NCBI RefSeq assembly: GCF_001194135.2 | Contig: NC_068985.1 | Span: forward strand, 5,495,239 to 5,559,238 | Reading direction: 5' to 3' | Length of the DNA: 64,000 bases | From: Octopus bimaculoides | Taxonomy: Eukaryota | In this document: piece after piece, positions 47,005-59,532 of the stretch | How the letters are laid out: the number at the start of each line of letters is the position of its first letter | Numbering within the stretch: position 1 is the stretch's first letter | Notes under the pieces: generated by a model | What the model was told of the DNA's origin: nothing | Seen by the model: only the letters and a program-made list of their open reading frames with translations | Database searches by the model: none | Made by a program: the position numbers and the translations under genes

Positions 47005-48547
47005 GCATTTGACAAAGTTGATCATGGCTTAATATGTCACAAGTTGCGAAACCTTGGCATAACTGGTAAATTAGGAAAATGGCTGCATGACTTCCTGAAT
47101 GGTAGAAGTCAGACAGTTGCAGCCAATGGAGAACTATCTAGGAAAACGCAAATATTGAGCGGTGTTCCGCAAGGAACTGTCTTGGGGCCACTACTGTTCA
47201 TAGTGGCCCTTCTGGACATGCCCACGGTCACTCGGAGAGCCACTGTCACTAGGTACGCTGATGACACAAAATTATCTCCGGCAATAAAAAATCCTGATGA
47301 TATTGTAAGCCTGCAGAATGACCTAAATGCAATATACGAGTGGGCAGAGCAAAATAATATGCAGTTCAATGCAAAAAAATTTCAAGTACTNNNNNNNNNN
47401 NNNNNNNNNNNNNNNNNNNNNNNNNNNNNNNNNNNNNNNNNNNNNNNNNNNNNNNNNNNNNNNNNNNNNNNNNNNNNNNNNNNNNNNNNNNNNNNNNNNN
47501 NNNNNNNNNNNNNNNNNNNNNNNNNNNNNNNNNNNNNNNNNNNNNNNNNNNNNNNNNNNNNNNNNNNNNNNNNNNNNNNNNNNNNNNNNNNNNNNNNNNN
47601 NNNNNNNNNNNNNNNNNNNNNNNNNNNNNNNNNNNNNNNNNNNNNNNNNNNNNNNNNNNNNNNNNNNNNNNNNNNNNNNNNNNNNNNNNNNNNNNNNNNN
47701 NNNNNNNNNNNNNNNNNNNNNNNNNNNNNNNNNNNNNNNNNNNNNNNNNNNNNNNNNNNNNNNNNNNNNNNNNNNNNNNNNNNNNNNNNNNNNNNNNNNN
47801 NNNNNNNNNNNNNNNNNNNNNNNNNNNNNNNNNNNNNNNNNNNNNNNNNNNNNNNNNNNNNNNNNNNNNNNNNNNNNNNNNNNNNNNNNNNNNNNNNNNN
47901 NNNNNNNNNNNNNNNNNNNNNNNNNNNNNNNNNNNNNNNNNNNNNNNNNNNNNNNNNNNNNNNNNNNNNNNNNNNNNNNNNNNNNNNNNNNNNNNNNNNN
48001 NNNNNNNNNNNNNNNNNNNNNNNNNNNNNNNNNNNNNNNNNNNNNNNNNNNNNNNNNNNNNNNNNNNNNNNNNNNNNNNNNNNNNNNNNNNNNNNNNNNN
48101 NNNNNNNNNNNNNNNNNNNNNNNNNNNNNNNNNNNNNNNNNNNNNNNNNNNNNNNNNNNNNNNNNNNNNNNNNNNNNNNNNNNNNNNNNNNNNNNNNNNN
48201 NNNNNNNNNNNNNNNNNNNNNNNNNNNNNNNNNNNNNNNNNNNNNNNNNNNNCTTCAATGCCCTGCCAAAACATTTGAGAGACCTGCAAGACACGGATGT
48301 GGAGGTCTTCAAGACAAAACTCGACGCTTTCCTCTCCACGATACCAGACGAACCAATGGCTCGAAATGAGACACAGTTTAGGGCAGCGATGTCAAATTCT
48401 CTTATGCACCAGATGTGCCATAAAAACTCTTGATTGAACTATATCAGGTGCAGGAGAAGAGCCATGCAAGGAACATGAAGAGAGCAAAGCATAAAGACGG
48501 AAAATCACGGTGGTGCTCCAGCATGACCACAGCCACTTGGCTGAAAC
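47005..48547 (+). pseudogene. 5'-truncated CR1/L2-group LINE (RT domain, gap, ORF2 C-terminus, 3' UTR)
   Basis: AFDKVDHG..SGVPQGTVLGPLLFI..YADDTKL (47254-47274)..LQNDL..W...NMQFN; after the gap FNALPKHLR..FKTKLDAFLSTIPDEP..NSL; stop at 48431-48433. Confidence 0.9.
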
Positions 48548-48896
48548 CCATGGTCCAGGCCATGTCTACATTTTTTCTGTTCACATGCACCAGTGGCGCG
48601 ACTCTTTACCAATGCTTTGTACTAGCCACAATGTTTCGTCCTTCCTTTCCTCCCATGAACACCAACACTGAAATAGCTTTTCCCGTCATCACTTCATTGC
48701 AGTTGTCACTATAGATTCGTCGATACTGAACAACAAATGCATTAATCTGACCAATCTCAGGGGAACTCTAAAAGTCATGAGCACCGTCTATCATCCGAAG
48801 GAACTAAAGCAGTACAACAATATTTTGTCTGAAATTATTATTCCAAGTTACTATTCAGACTAATAATATTTGTATTAATATTTATCGGGCTCAAGG

Positions 48897-49105
48897 GATC
48901 AGTGAGCTGGCAGAATTGGTAGCCCGCCGGACGAAATGCTTACCTGCATTTTGATCGCCTTTATGTTCGGCGTTCAAGTTTTGCTGAGGTCAACTTTTCA
49001 TTTTATTATTTCGGGGACGATAAGTACCAACTGAATACTGGGGTCAATATAATGGACTTATTTCCTGCCCTGAAATTGCTGGCCTCGTAGCAAAATTTGA
49101 AACTA
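48897..49105 (+). mobile_element. Family B SINE (diverged)
   Basis: GAGCTGGCAGAA..GCCGGACGAAATGCTTA..GAGGTCAAC..TACTGGGGTCAAT. Confidence 0.75.
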
Positions 49106-49109
49106 ACAA

Positions 49110-49250
49110 GTGTCGACCCCGAATAAATGAAAGCAAAAAAATAAAATGGTCACATCTGTGGGACTCGAACCAAGAGCCTAGTGAGCCGGAACGAGAGCTC
49201 AGAGAACTCAGAGCATGCCATACGACACTTAAATGATTCAGCCATTTTGT
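49110..49250 (-). mobile_element. tRNA-like SINE head related to family B
   Basis: Minus strand TGGCTGAATC A-box-like, perfect GGTTCGAGTCCC B-box, then CTTTCATTTATTCGGGGTCGAC. Confidence 0.45.
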
Positions 49251-49387
49251 TGCTTCAAGAGAAATTAATTGAAGACGTAGAATTTGGAAGTAGACAGCAG
49301 CGAAAGTGATGAGTCCTAAACTGCGTCGCTGTTGCTTCGATGAAGAAGAGAATTAATTGCAGAGAATGGTATAACTGATTTCTAATA

Positions 49388-49680
49388 TTGGCTTGAGGTC
49401 ACAAATTCGGAGGAAGGGCAAATTTATTTAAACTGACTTCAATAAAACATTGACTTAAGGCCACAAATTTTGAAAGAGGGCATATTTGTTTAAATCGACT
49501 CAAATACAGCATTGGCTCCTCGTCAAATTCGGAGGGAGAACATATTTGTTGATATCGAAACCAATACAACCTTGGCTGCATGCCACGATTACTGAGGGAG
49601 CGTATATTTACTTAAATTGACATCAATATCTGACTGGTACATAAATTGTTTATCCGGTGAGGAAGAAAAGTAAAATCGAT
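49388..49680 (-). repeat. Four decayed 60-62 bp tandem units derived from a family B-like SINE tail
   Basis: Units start TTG(G/A)C at 49388, 49450, 49512, 49572; the fourth runs into ACTGGTAC..GAAAAGTAAAATCGAT (B body). Confidence 0.6.
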
Positions 49681-50054
49681 GTCTGCGATTCGCAGTCTTC
49701 TCGCATGAAATATAATTCAGTGTCAAATGCAATTGGCATTTATAACCAGATTCTTGTAAGTTTTGTTCCTGAAATCCCAAAATCTGAAATATCCGACTAA
49801 ACACAATCCTATACAAATTTACTCCCAAAACTTTAATGCTTTCTTTCATATTCAAACGTTAGTAAAGTTTATTATATTACATTAAAGATGATTTCAAATT
49901 CCACTAAGGTCTACTCTACCGTTCATTCTTTCGGGTTTAATAAAATAATTACTTGTCAAACGTAAACAGCTTAACCCCCACCCGCCTCAAAAACTGCTGG
50001 GCTTTGACTATAAATTGAAACCATTACGTTAGAGAAAAATATTTGCTTTTAATA

Positions 50055-50225
50055 TCTGATCGAGCAAACCCACGATGCGAGGCTGTCTAACCGTGACTGT
50101 CCAACCTTTTTTCTATTTGTCAGAAAACAAGGAATCACTTGTCGAACGTGTCCTTAATAAGTCGGTTGGGTGTGATTTGAAATAGGTGTTTGACTGTTAT
50201 TTCTAACCGGTCGAGTGACAAAATA
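50055..50225 (+). mobile_element. Family F repeat fragment (related pieces near 16090, 17165, 45780, 55440)
   Basis: CTGATCGAGCA..CGTGAC..CGTGTCC..GGGTGTGATTTG..TATTTCTA..GTCGAGTGAC; similarity between pieces is weak. Confidence 0.45.
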
Positions 50226-50756
50226 GATTCCCTCCTCTTGTTGGGTTATAGTAATTGCTTTGTTACATTCTTGTGAATTATTGATAATCAATGAAAACAA
50301 TGTTTTTATGGATGGGTTGGTCTTGGCCCTGAAAAGAAATAGAAGTTAGCAAAGCTTTGCGGTAATCTCGTATGAACGAGACTATTATACTGGACATTAC
50401 TGAAACCTTTAAGTCTTATTTGATTTACAATGTTATTTGGCAACAATAACAGCGCTTGTAACCAACCAATCGAACTTCATCAAAAAATGATGCAGTGTCG
50501 AGACGCTTCATCAATTTTATATTCATCATTCGTTATAACACAGACACAGTTTTCTTGCTCGTATATGAATATCGACATGTTAGTATCAAATGTAGAGAAG
50601 ATTGACCTTTTTTGTCAAGTAGAGCACTATTTGATATCTTTGTTCTTGAGAAGATTTAAGTATATAACTTACTTTTTATCTTCTCGCCGTGGTTATTTGA
50701 CCTGCCCTCATGCAAATCTTCTGTTGCATATTGATTTACAGTCACACACGCACACA

Positions 50757-50790
<34 letters not shown>

Positions 50791-50976
50791 TTATTCTGTG
50801 TATTTGCGGATCATATAAGTGCATAAATTTGTATGTACATACACAATGTATGTGTGTGTGTTCATATATATATATATATATATATATTGAGTGTGTTTCT
50901 CTCTCTTTCTCTCCCTCTCTCTCTTTCTCTCTATATATATTTAAACATATACATTATATTTACAAAGATGCGTGTA

Positions 50977-51013
<37 letters not shown>

Positions 51014-51403
51014 GCACACACACATAAATACACACCACACACAGAGACACAGGCACACACGAATAGATATTGGAGTGTGTGTGTTTGAGTACAATGGAGA
51101 TAATATTGATTTCTTCCTTAGATATAATGCCACAACTTTTGAATGGCGGAAAATGAAATTCCGAGACTATTAAACCATTCTTAAGAACATAAGCAGGAAA
51201 AAGTTACTACAAATGTTAGCCGAGGTCATGTCGTTATCGTAGAATATTGGAGAATATCTTTACAGTATATGTGTGCTGACAACAGCGTTCGTTGCGGACA
51301 TTCTGCCTTGTTGCTCTCAGATGTGTCGCTTTACATTGTGAGTTCGAACGCGAACGAGGTCAAATTCTTGTTCTTTTTTTTATCCTGGAGTCAATGAAAA
51401 AAT

Positions 51404-51813
51404 GGTTTCCATTTTTTGGCACAAGGCCAGCAGTTTCATGGAGAGAGTAAGTCGATTGCATCATCCCCATTGCTCAACTTGTACTTACTTTATCGACCAC
51501 CAAAGAATGAAAAGCAAAGTCGACCTCGGCGGCATTTGTACTCAGAAGGAGAAGACAAGCGAAATGCTGTTAAGAATATGGTCCCGCGTCGTACTGTTCT
51601 TTTCTATTCTACGCACAAGGCCCGAAATTTTTGGGGAGGGGCCAGTCGATTAGATCGACTCCCAGGACGCAACTGGTACTTAATTTGTCGACCCCGAAAA
51701 GATGAAAGGCAAAGTCGACCACGGCGGAATTTGAACTTCAGAACGAAAAGACAGATGAAATACCGCTAAGCATTTTGCCCAACGTCCAAACGGTTCTGCT
51801 AGCTCGCTGCCTT
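51404..51813 (-). mobile_element. Two tandem family B SINEs (51404-51590; 51597-51813)
   Basis: GGCACAAGGCC..AAAGTCGACC..GGCGG..ATTTG(A/T)ACT in both. Confidence 0.85.
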
Positions 51814-51931
51814 CTGGGGTCAATGAAAGAATGGCGCGAAATAATGGAACCGATTTATATGTCTCTGTGGCTTCGTGCCAATCTTTATCTGCTATTTTTA
51901 ACTATTGGGTTGTCCGGTTCATTTTCAACCT

Positions 51932-52019
<88 letters not shown>

Positions 52020-52036
52020 CGCACACACACACATAT

Positions 52037-52202
52037 ATACGACGGGCTTCTTTCACTTTTCTTCTATCAAATCGACTCAAGGATTTGGTCGGGTAAGGGC
52101 TATAGCAGAATACACTTGCTCAAGGCACCACGCAGTGAGACCGAGCCCGGAACCTGGGATCATCTGACTGGGAAGCACACTTCTTACCACCCAGCCATGC
52201 CG
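52037..52202 (-). mobile_element. Family C SINE, 5' half
   Basis: TACGACGGGCTTCTTTCA..CACTTGCTCAAGGCACCACGCAGTG..CTTACCACCCAGCCA. Confidence 0.75.
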
Positions 52203-53776
52203 TAATTTGAGGCGTATTTAGCTCCTCTTTGTATCAGAGCTAACGAAAACATATAGACTTCATCATCGACTCTATTAATCCATTTGGATCCACGACCGAA
52301 TGCAGTTAGCTCTGATTATATACTTATGAGCTCGGAAATGGAATAAAATGTCACAATATTCCATTTAATCTTTCATCTTACATATCGGTGGAAATGAATC
52401 CAATATGTTCTGTGAAGTCTACGTAAAAAAGTTTGAACGACAATATCTTAAAACGCAATTTCCAAATCGCTATTACGGCATGACTATTAATTTTAAGATT
52501 TTTCTTTCATAAATGAATATATAACTGGAAACAGAAATTGAATAATATGACAGGGTTTATATTAAATTTCGGGGTTTAAAAAAATAACGGAACAGAAGGA
52601 AAAATTTTGGTTTCATTTAAAAATAATAAAGTATTTATTAATAATATTGTACATAAAATGTTTATGCGATCGAGGCATTGATGCCATTATGAGGCCGGAT
52701 TGCAGATTATATATTAAAATGCATTTTTGTATATTTTCAATGTTTTTTATACATTAAGTAAATTCGATATTAGTTGAAAAATATTACTGAAAATGAACCG
52801 GAAACTTGGAAATATTTATGGAAAATCATAATGTATTGATATAAAAATTAGAAATGAACGCTTTGAAGATCATATATAAGCATAGAACACGGATTAATTT
52901 TAAAATAATGAGAGTATATATATATATATATATATACATACATACATACACATTCATATATATATATATATATCTGTATGTGTGTGTATTTATATATATA
53001 TANNNNNNNNNNNNNNNNNNNNNNNNNNNNNNNNNNNNNNNNNNNNNNNNNNNNNNNNNNNNNNNNNNNNNNNNNNNNNNNNNNNNNNNNNNNNNNNNNN
53101 NNNNNNNNNNNNNNNNNNNNNNNNNNNNNNNNNNNNNNNNNNNNNNNNNNNNNNNNNNNNNNNNNNNNNNNNNNNNNNNNNNNNNNNNNNNNNNNNNNNN
53201 NNNNNNNNNNNNNNNNNNNNNNNNNNNNNNNNNNNNNNNNNNNNNNNNNNNNNNNNNNNNNNNNNNNNNNNNNNNNNNNNNNNNNNNNNNNNNNNNNNNN
53301 NNNNNNNNNNNNNNNNNNNNNNNNNNNNNNNNNNNNNNNNNNNNNNNNNNNNNNNNNNNNNNNNNNNNNNNNNNNNNNNNNNNNNNNNNNNNNNNNNNNN
53401 NNNNNNNNNNNNNNNNNNNNNNNNNNNNNNNNNNNNNNNNNNNNNNNNNNNNNNNNNNNNNNNNNNNNNNNNNNNNNNNNNNNNNNNNNNNNNNNNNNNN
53501 NNNNNNNNNNNNNNNNNNNNNNNNNNNNNNNNNNNNNNNNNNNNNNNNNNNNNNNNNNNNNNNNNNNNNNNNNNNNNNNNNNNNNNNNNNNNNNNNNNNN
53601 NNNNNNNNNNNNNNNNNNNNNNNNNNNNNNNNNNNNNNNNNNNNNNNNNNNNNNNNNNNNNNNNNNNNNNNNNNNNNNNNNNNNNNNNNNNNNNNNNNNN
53701 NNNNNNNNNNNNNNNNNNNNNNNNNNNNNNNNNNNNNNNNNNNNNNNNNNNNNNNNNNNNNNNNNNNNNNNNNNNN

Positions 53777-53810
<34 letters not shown>

Positions 53811-53898
53811 TCGCACACACACGCATATATAGATAGATAGATATTCAAACATGAAATATATATATATATATGGATATATGTATGTGCATAGATATTAG

Positions 53899-54004
53899 TC
53901 TTTCTCTCCCTGCTCCTCTCTCTCTCTCTGCTCCTCTCTCTCTCCCTGCTCCTCTCTTTCTCCCTGCTCCTCTCTCTCTCCCTGCTCCTCTCTCTCTCCC
54001 TCTC
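53899..54004. repeat. 18-bp minisatellite (CTCTCTCCCTGCTCCTCT) x about 5
   Basis: Seen directly; gives the LSLPAP pseudo-repeat. Confidence 0.85.
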
Positions 54005-54194
54005 TCATATACATACGTCAATTCGTGGATTTGGATTGTTGACTCCTCTTTCTAGCGAATGGGTTTCCGTTTCCCTACTTCATTTATTTGTATATTTTAC
54101 CTATATAGATTAAACTTGATGGCCAATTTTTTTATCATTATTATTTTAATAATAGTAATAATACTTCATATATATGCATACATATATACAATTG

Positions 54195-54390
54195 CAAAAG
54201 GTAACCACATGTGAGTCGTTGGCAATTTTCTCCCCCGTCTTTCCTTCTTTTGGACTTTCCTCTGTTTCTGAAGAAGAACTTTGCTCGAAACGTTAAATCC
54301 TCTTTCTTTCCTTTCCTGATAATACATTACTTGTACCACGTCCTCGTGTTGTTGTTTTTTCATGTTTATTCTTCTTTGTTTGGATTCACT
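54195..54390 (+). mobile_element. D-related element with canonical CTGAAGA hammerhead motif (54265-54297)
   Basis: TTT CTGAAGA A GAAC TTT GCTC GAAAC GTT AAA; same downstream layout as D; ends at (TA)n. Confidence 0.65.
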
Positions 54391-54686
54391 ATATATATAT
54401 ATATATACACATACATACATACATACATACGTATGCATATATTTACACACAGTTACATATATATATTTCACTGTTGCAGCACTTCATTTCAAGTCTTTTC
54501 ATGCTACTAATATGGACGGTGCACAGCCCATCTGCTGGTGCCGCTGTCTCTTCTTCCAGGTGTCACATTCTGATATGCCCCGAATTTCAATATAGAGAGA
54601 ACGGCAAGATATTGTCTATGCCGGCTTAGGACAGCATGGGGACCTAAAACCAATAACGAATACAATCTACACATTCCTAAGTCATA

Positions 54687-54920
54687 CAGTAATACTTTGA
54701 CTATCGCGGGTGTTACGTTCCAAAACCACTCGCGATAAATGAAAATCCGCGAAGTAGAAACAATACAGTACGGTATATTTTTTAAAACCAGTTTTATAAT
54801 TTGTATATATTTAATTTATTATAAATGCAAAACAACACCACGGAGGAATCGACGTAAGCTTAAATAATAAACCGTGATAGGTGAACCGCGATTGGTGAAC
54901 CGCGATATGGCGAGGGAGGG
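54687..54920 (+). mobile_element. pogo/Tigger-like non-autonomous DNA transposon
   Basis: TA then CAGTAATAC..CTATCGCGG left end; CCGCGATATGGCGAGGG right end; repeated AACCGCGA subterminal motifs. Confidence 0.55.
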
Positions 54921-55627
54921 TAATATATATAACCTGCTGACACGAGTAGGACGCTTTTAATCATTATGTTAATCTAAGCTGATCTGGATGTAAACAAAGA
55001 CGACGGCAAAAACAACAACAACAACCACGATGGCGACCACGGCAACAACAAAACGGCCTTCAGTCATAATTCGCAATCCACCACTTTCTCTGTGATGAAA
55101 TCCATTCTCTAATATATGTCTCGATTCATATAAATTAAATCCACTGCACCCAAAGCCTAAGCATTTTTCTGTTAGCTTATCGTCCCCTGCGTTACAGAAT
55201 TGCAGATGAAAACTAGATTCTATAATAATACGCCATAACGAGTTCTCCATGGCTAAAGACAGCGATTCTCTTCTCGTCACTTCAATTGGGAAAGAAGATG
55301 TATTCTGTGTTTGTACTTCACGCAGAATTCATCCAAACAATCTGAGTACGAAAGTCAGAAACACTGTACCTTCGTCTTGGACATAAATATTGGTCCTTAT
55401 TCTTTAAATGATTATATAAACTATATTGGTGTTACTATTATTTAACTCCAGGTAAGCCATGACCAGGTCATTCAGTTATGATCATATATTTTATCCAGAC
55501 ATTATCCAGCAATACCAGAGTGAAAATTGAGGGAAATTTGTTTGCTATTTCAAGCATAAATCTAATAATGAAACGCGGCTATAGCATGCAAAAACTGTGT
55601 TTGTGAAGAAGTAATATTTGTCAGAGT

Positions 55628-55916
55628 GAAGACACGGCTTAATCGTTAGCATATTTGACTTACGATCATAAGGTCGTGATTTCGATTACCGGCGGCGCAC
55701 TGAGCGAAATACTTTATTTCTCGTTACTCTAGACCACTCAGGTGGCAAAAATGAGTTGTAACTGTCACATTCTGTGACGCGCTAAATCTCTGCGAGAACT
55801 ATGTTAATGGTACACGTAAATGTGGAGTGCTCAACCACTTGCACGTTAATCTCACGAGCAGGCTGTCCGCTGATGGGATCAACTGGAACCCTTGTCGTCG
55901 TAACTGACGGAATGTC
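55628..55916 (+). mobile_element. H-head and CORE-like SINE carrying the O-family 3' body
   Basis: Head and middle like 1-125; from about 55762 aligns with the reverse complement of 42376-42535. Confidence 0.8.
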
Positions 55917-56859
55917 TGTCGAACCATTCTCATACATCATATACTGTTTGCCTTGGATACTTAGAAGAAGTAAAACTAAAATTTTAGAAATAAGTTTATA
56001 ATTTTAAGACGATACGTCTTTTCCTCAATTATCTTATCTAAATGGTATCATCGAGGCATTCAATAGAACTAATCTTTTGAATTAGCATTGACGTACTTTT
56101 GAAGGATTCTTAGACATCCCCTATCGAGAAATTAGAGTTACCTTTGCCAATTTTGCTGATTAGATTTTTAACATTTACATGAATGTCAATGGAATTTTCC
56201 CAGGCAAATTTGATGGTAAATTAGTGATACAGCGGACATACGTCGTTCACGGCTCATATCAATGATGGTGTTTATCGGAAGGTCGATTTAAATTGATAAT
56301 ATATTGAGATCATTGATCAAGAATGTTAGTCTGAAAATTCTAGTTAATAATTTCAGGTTCAGGTTCTATACCGCATACCTTTCCACCACAACCCGAAATT
56401 GTGTAAATACGGTTGTTGGATAATGAAATTAAAACGAAACTTTTTCCTGAAAATATCGATTTAGTTCAGATGTGTCTGAAAAGCGGATCAATTTTGGCAA
56501 TGCCATTCTGGCGAAACTATACATAGGAAGGAGATTCTTACAATTAATATGTTGGTATAAAGCCAAATATTCTATAATTTTTTGAAAAAAAAAGTAAATA
56601 AATAAAACGGAAAAAGCTCCCCTCTAAAAACAGCAGATAATGAGTTGAAAAAAATGAGTGAATAAAGATATTACTACTACCATTATACTGCTGTTGCTGA
56701 TGATGATGATGACGATGATGGTGATGATGATGATGATAGCAACAACCACGAAAACACCGGCAGCAGTAACAAGAACAACAACAATGATATTAACGATGGT
56801 TATTATGATGATGATGATGTTGATAGTGAAAGTAAAAATAGTAGTAATAGCAATAACGA

Positions 56860-57126
<267 letters not shown>

Positions 57127-57653
57127 AAAGTTTCCACAAATCTAACGGCTAATTTGCTGATGCTTGGATAAGTAAAAAGAATTGCAGTTTGATTTCGAAA
57201 TTCTTTGTAGAAGTGAGATTAAAAGACAGAGATGAAGACAAAGAAAAAAAAAAAAGAAAGGTAGGTAAACAAATAGAGCGGTAACGATGAAAGGCAGGAA
57301 AAAAAAATGGAAGGAAACAAAACGATGGAAAAACTGTCTTAATTGAACAATTTACTTCACGNNNNNNNNNNNNNNNNNNNNNNNNNNNNNNNNNNNNNNN
57401 NNNNNNNNNNNNNNNNNNNNNNNNNNNNNNNNNNNNNNNNNNNNNNNNNNNNNNNNNNNNNNNNNNNNNNNNNNNNNNNNNNNNNNNNNNNNNNNNNNNN
57501 NNNNNNNNNNNNNNNNNNNNNNNNNNNNNNNNNNNNNNNNNNNNNNNNNNNNNNNNNNNNNNNNNNNNNNNNNNNNNNNNNNNNNNNNNNNNNNNNTATA
57601 TATATATGCATACACATTATATATATACATACACACACATACACACATACACG

Positions 57654-57693
<40 letters not shown>

Positions 57694-57948
57694 CATATAT
57701 GAAGGTAGGTAGTTATAAAAGCCAAGTGTAGAAGCAACATAGAAAACCTCAAATGCCCAAATAAATCAACTTGAATGAAAAAGAAAAAAAGCGAAAATTC
57801 TAATATAGTCACACAATGCTCTAGCATTTTCCAGCAACAGCAACGAAAAAAATCCCTATCTTTTAACCAACTAAACATCAAAAGACAATCCTAAAAAAAA
57901 TATAAGAAAGGAAGAACATTCACCGATATTGTATTTACGTTTACGTTA

Positions 57949-57949
<1 letters not shown>

Positions 57950-58029
<80 letters not shown>
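57950..58029. repeat. (TAT)n
   Basis: Seen directly. Confidence 0.95.
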
Positions 58030-58030
<1 letters not shown>

Positions 58031-59015
58031 TATATATATATTTTTTCATTCCGAAAAATGCCTCGTTACCAATTAATCTTTTGTAACTTATCTAAAGGAC
58101 TCCTTCTCTATCGTTGCATTGTACTGATTGCTTAAAATAAAGAAGTGCATGATGGAGTAAACTAGTGTTTCTCAAACGGGGTTCAGATANNNNNNNNNNN
58201 NNNNNNNNNNNNNNNNNNNNNNNNNNNNNNNNNNNNNNNNNNNNNNNNNNNNNNNNNNNNNNNNNNNNNNNNNNNNNNNNNNNNNNNNNNNNNNNNNNNN
58301 NNNNNNNNNNNNNNNNNNNNNNNNNNNNNNNNNNNNNNNNNNNNNNNNNNNNNNNNNNNNNNNNNNNNNNNNNNNNNNNNNNNNNNNNNNNNNNNNNNNN
58401 NNNNNNNNNNNNNNNNNNNNNNNNNNNNNNNNNNNNNNNNNNNNNNNNNNNNNNNNNNNNNNNNNNNNNNNNNNNNNNNNNNNNNNNNNNNNNNNNNNNN
58501 NNNNNNNNNNNNNNNNNNNNNNNNNNNNNNNNNNNNNNNNNNNNNNNNNNNNNNNNNNNNNNNNNNNNNNNNNNNNNNNNNNNNNNNNNNNNNNNNNNNN
58601 NNNNNNNNNNNNNNNNNNNNNNNNNNNNNNNNNNNNNNNNNNNNNNNNNNNNNNNNNNNNNNNNNNNNNNNNNNNNNNNNNNNNNNNNNNNNNNNNNNNN
58701 NNNNNNNNNNNNNNNNNNNNNNNNNNNNNNNNNNNNNNNNNNNNNNNNNNNNNNNNNNNNNNNNNNNNNNNNNNNNNNNNNNNNNNNNNNNNNNNNNNNN
58801 NNNNNNNNNNNNNNNNNNNNNNNNNNNNNNNNNNNNNNNNNNNNNNNNNNNNNNNNNNNNNNNNNNNNNNNNNNNNNNNACACACACACACACACACACA
58901 CAAACTCACTCATATATATATATACATATATAGGACGGACTTCTTTCTTATTTTTTATAGTTTCTGTACGATGTGCTGGAGTGAATCTCTTTCCAATATA
59001 TTTATGCAAAAAGCA

Positions 59016-59532
59016 GTTGTTGTTTTGCTGTGACCCCAATTCGGTCATGAATGACCATGGGATTGCACCTAGAAAGTTACCCTCCGAGGCAAAACTCTGG
59101 GCAAAGTTGTTTATGGAAGACCAGCAGTCGTCCATGTATATCAGCCTCTCCTCTCCACACCACCGATGTTATCCAAGGGAATGGCAAAGACCGATACAGC
59201 TTGGCACCAGTGACGTCGCAGCTCATGTATTAACTTGTAAGTGGCTGAGCACTCCACAGACACGTGTACCCTTAACGTAGTTCTCGGGGATATTCAGCGT
59301 GACACAGACTGTGACAAAGCTGACCCTTTGAATTGCAGGCACAACAGAAACAGGAAGAAAACGTGAGAGTAAGTTGCGGTGAAAGAGTACAGCAGAGTTC
59401 ACCACCTGCCGAAATCTCGTAGAGCTTTAGGTGTTTTCGCTCAATAAAAACTCACAGTACCCGGTCTGGGAATCGAAACCATGATCCTACGACCGCGATA
59501 CGTTGCCCTAACCACTGGGCCATTGTGCTTCC
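59016..59532 (-). mobile_element. Chimeric SINE: O head and body (59532-59227) fused to a different 3' module (59226-59016)
   Basis: Identity with the 42.4-kb copy stops at ..CACTTACAAGTTAATAC; continues ATGAGCTGCGACGTCACTGGTGCCAAGCTG..GGTGCAATCCCATGGTCATTCATGACC. Confidence 0.8.

Noticed and set aside
48525-48547. LINE/SINE tail hairpin followed by GAAAC as a ribozyme half
   Set aside because: No CUGANGA or stem I/III partner; better explained as an RT-recognition stem-loop.
49388-49632. CRISPR-like regular spacing
   Set aside because: Whole units are homologous with no repeat/unique-spacer alternation; eukaryotic context, no cas genes.
54505-54660. Possible RTE C-terminal fragment (RWAVH resembling RWAGH)
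   Set aside because: Single weak motif with frameshifts; unsupported.
54969-55280. 103-aa minus-strand ORF; likewise 61746-62021 and 50430-51173
   Set aside because: No recognisable domain or splice support; partly low-complexity; length within chance for this composition.
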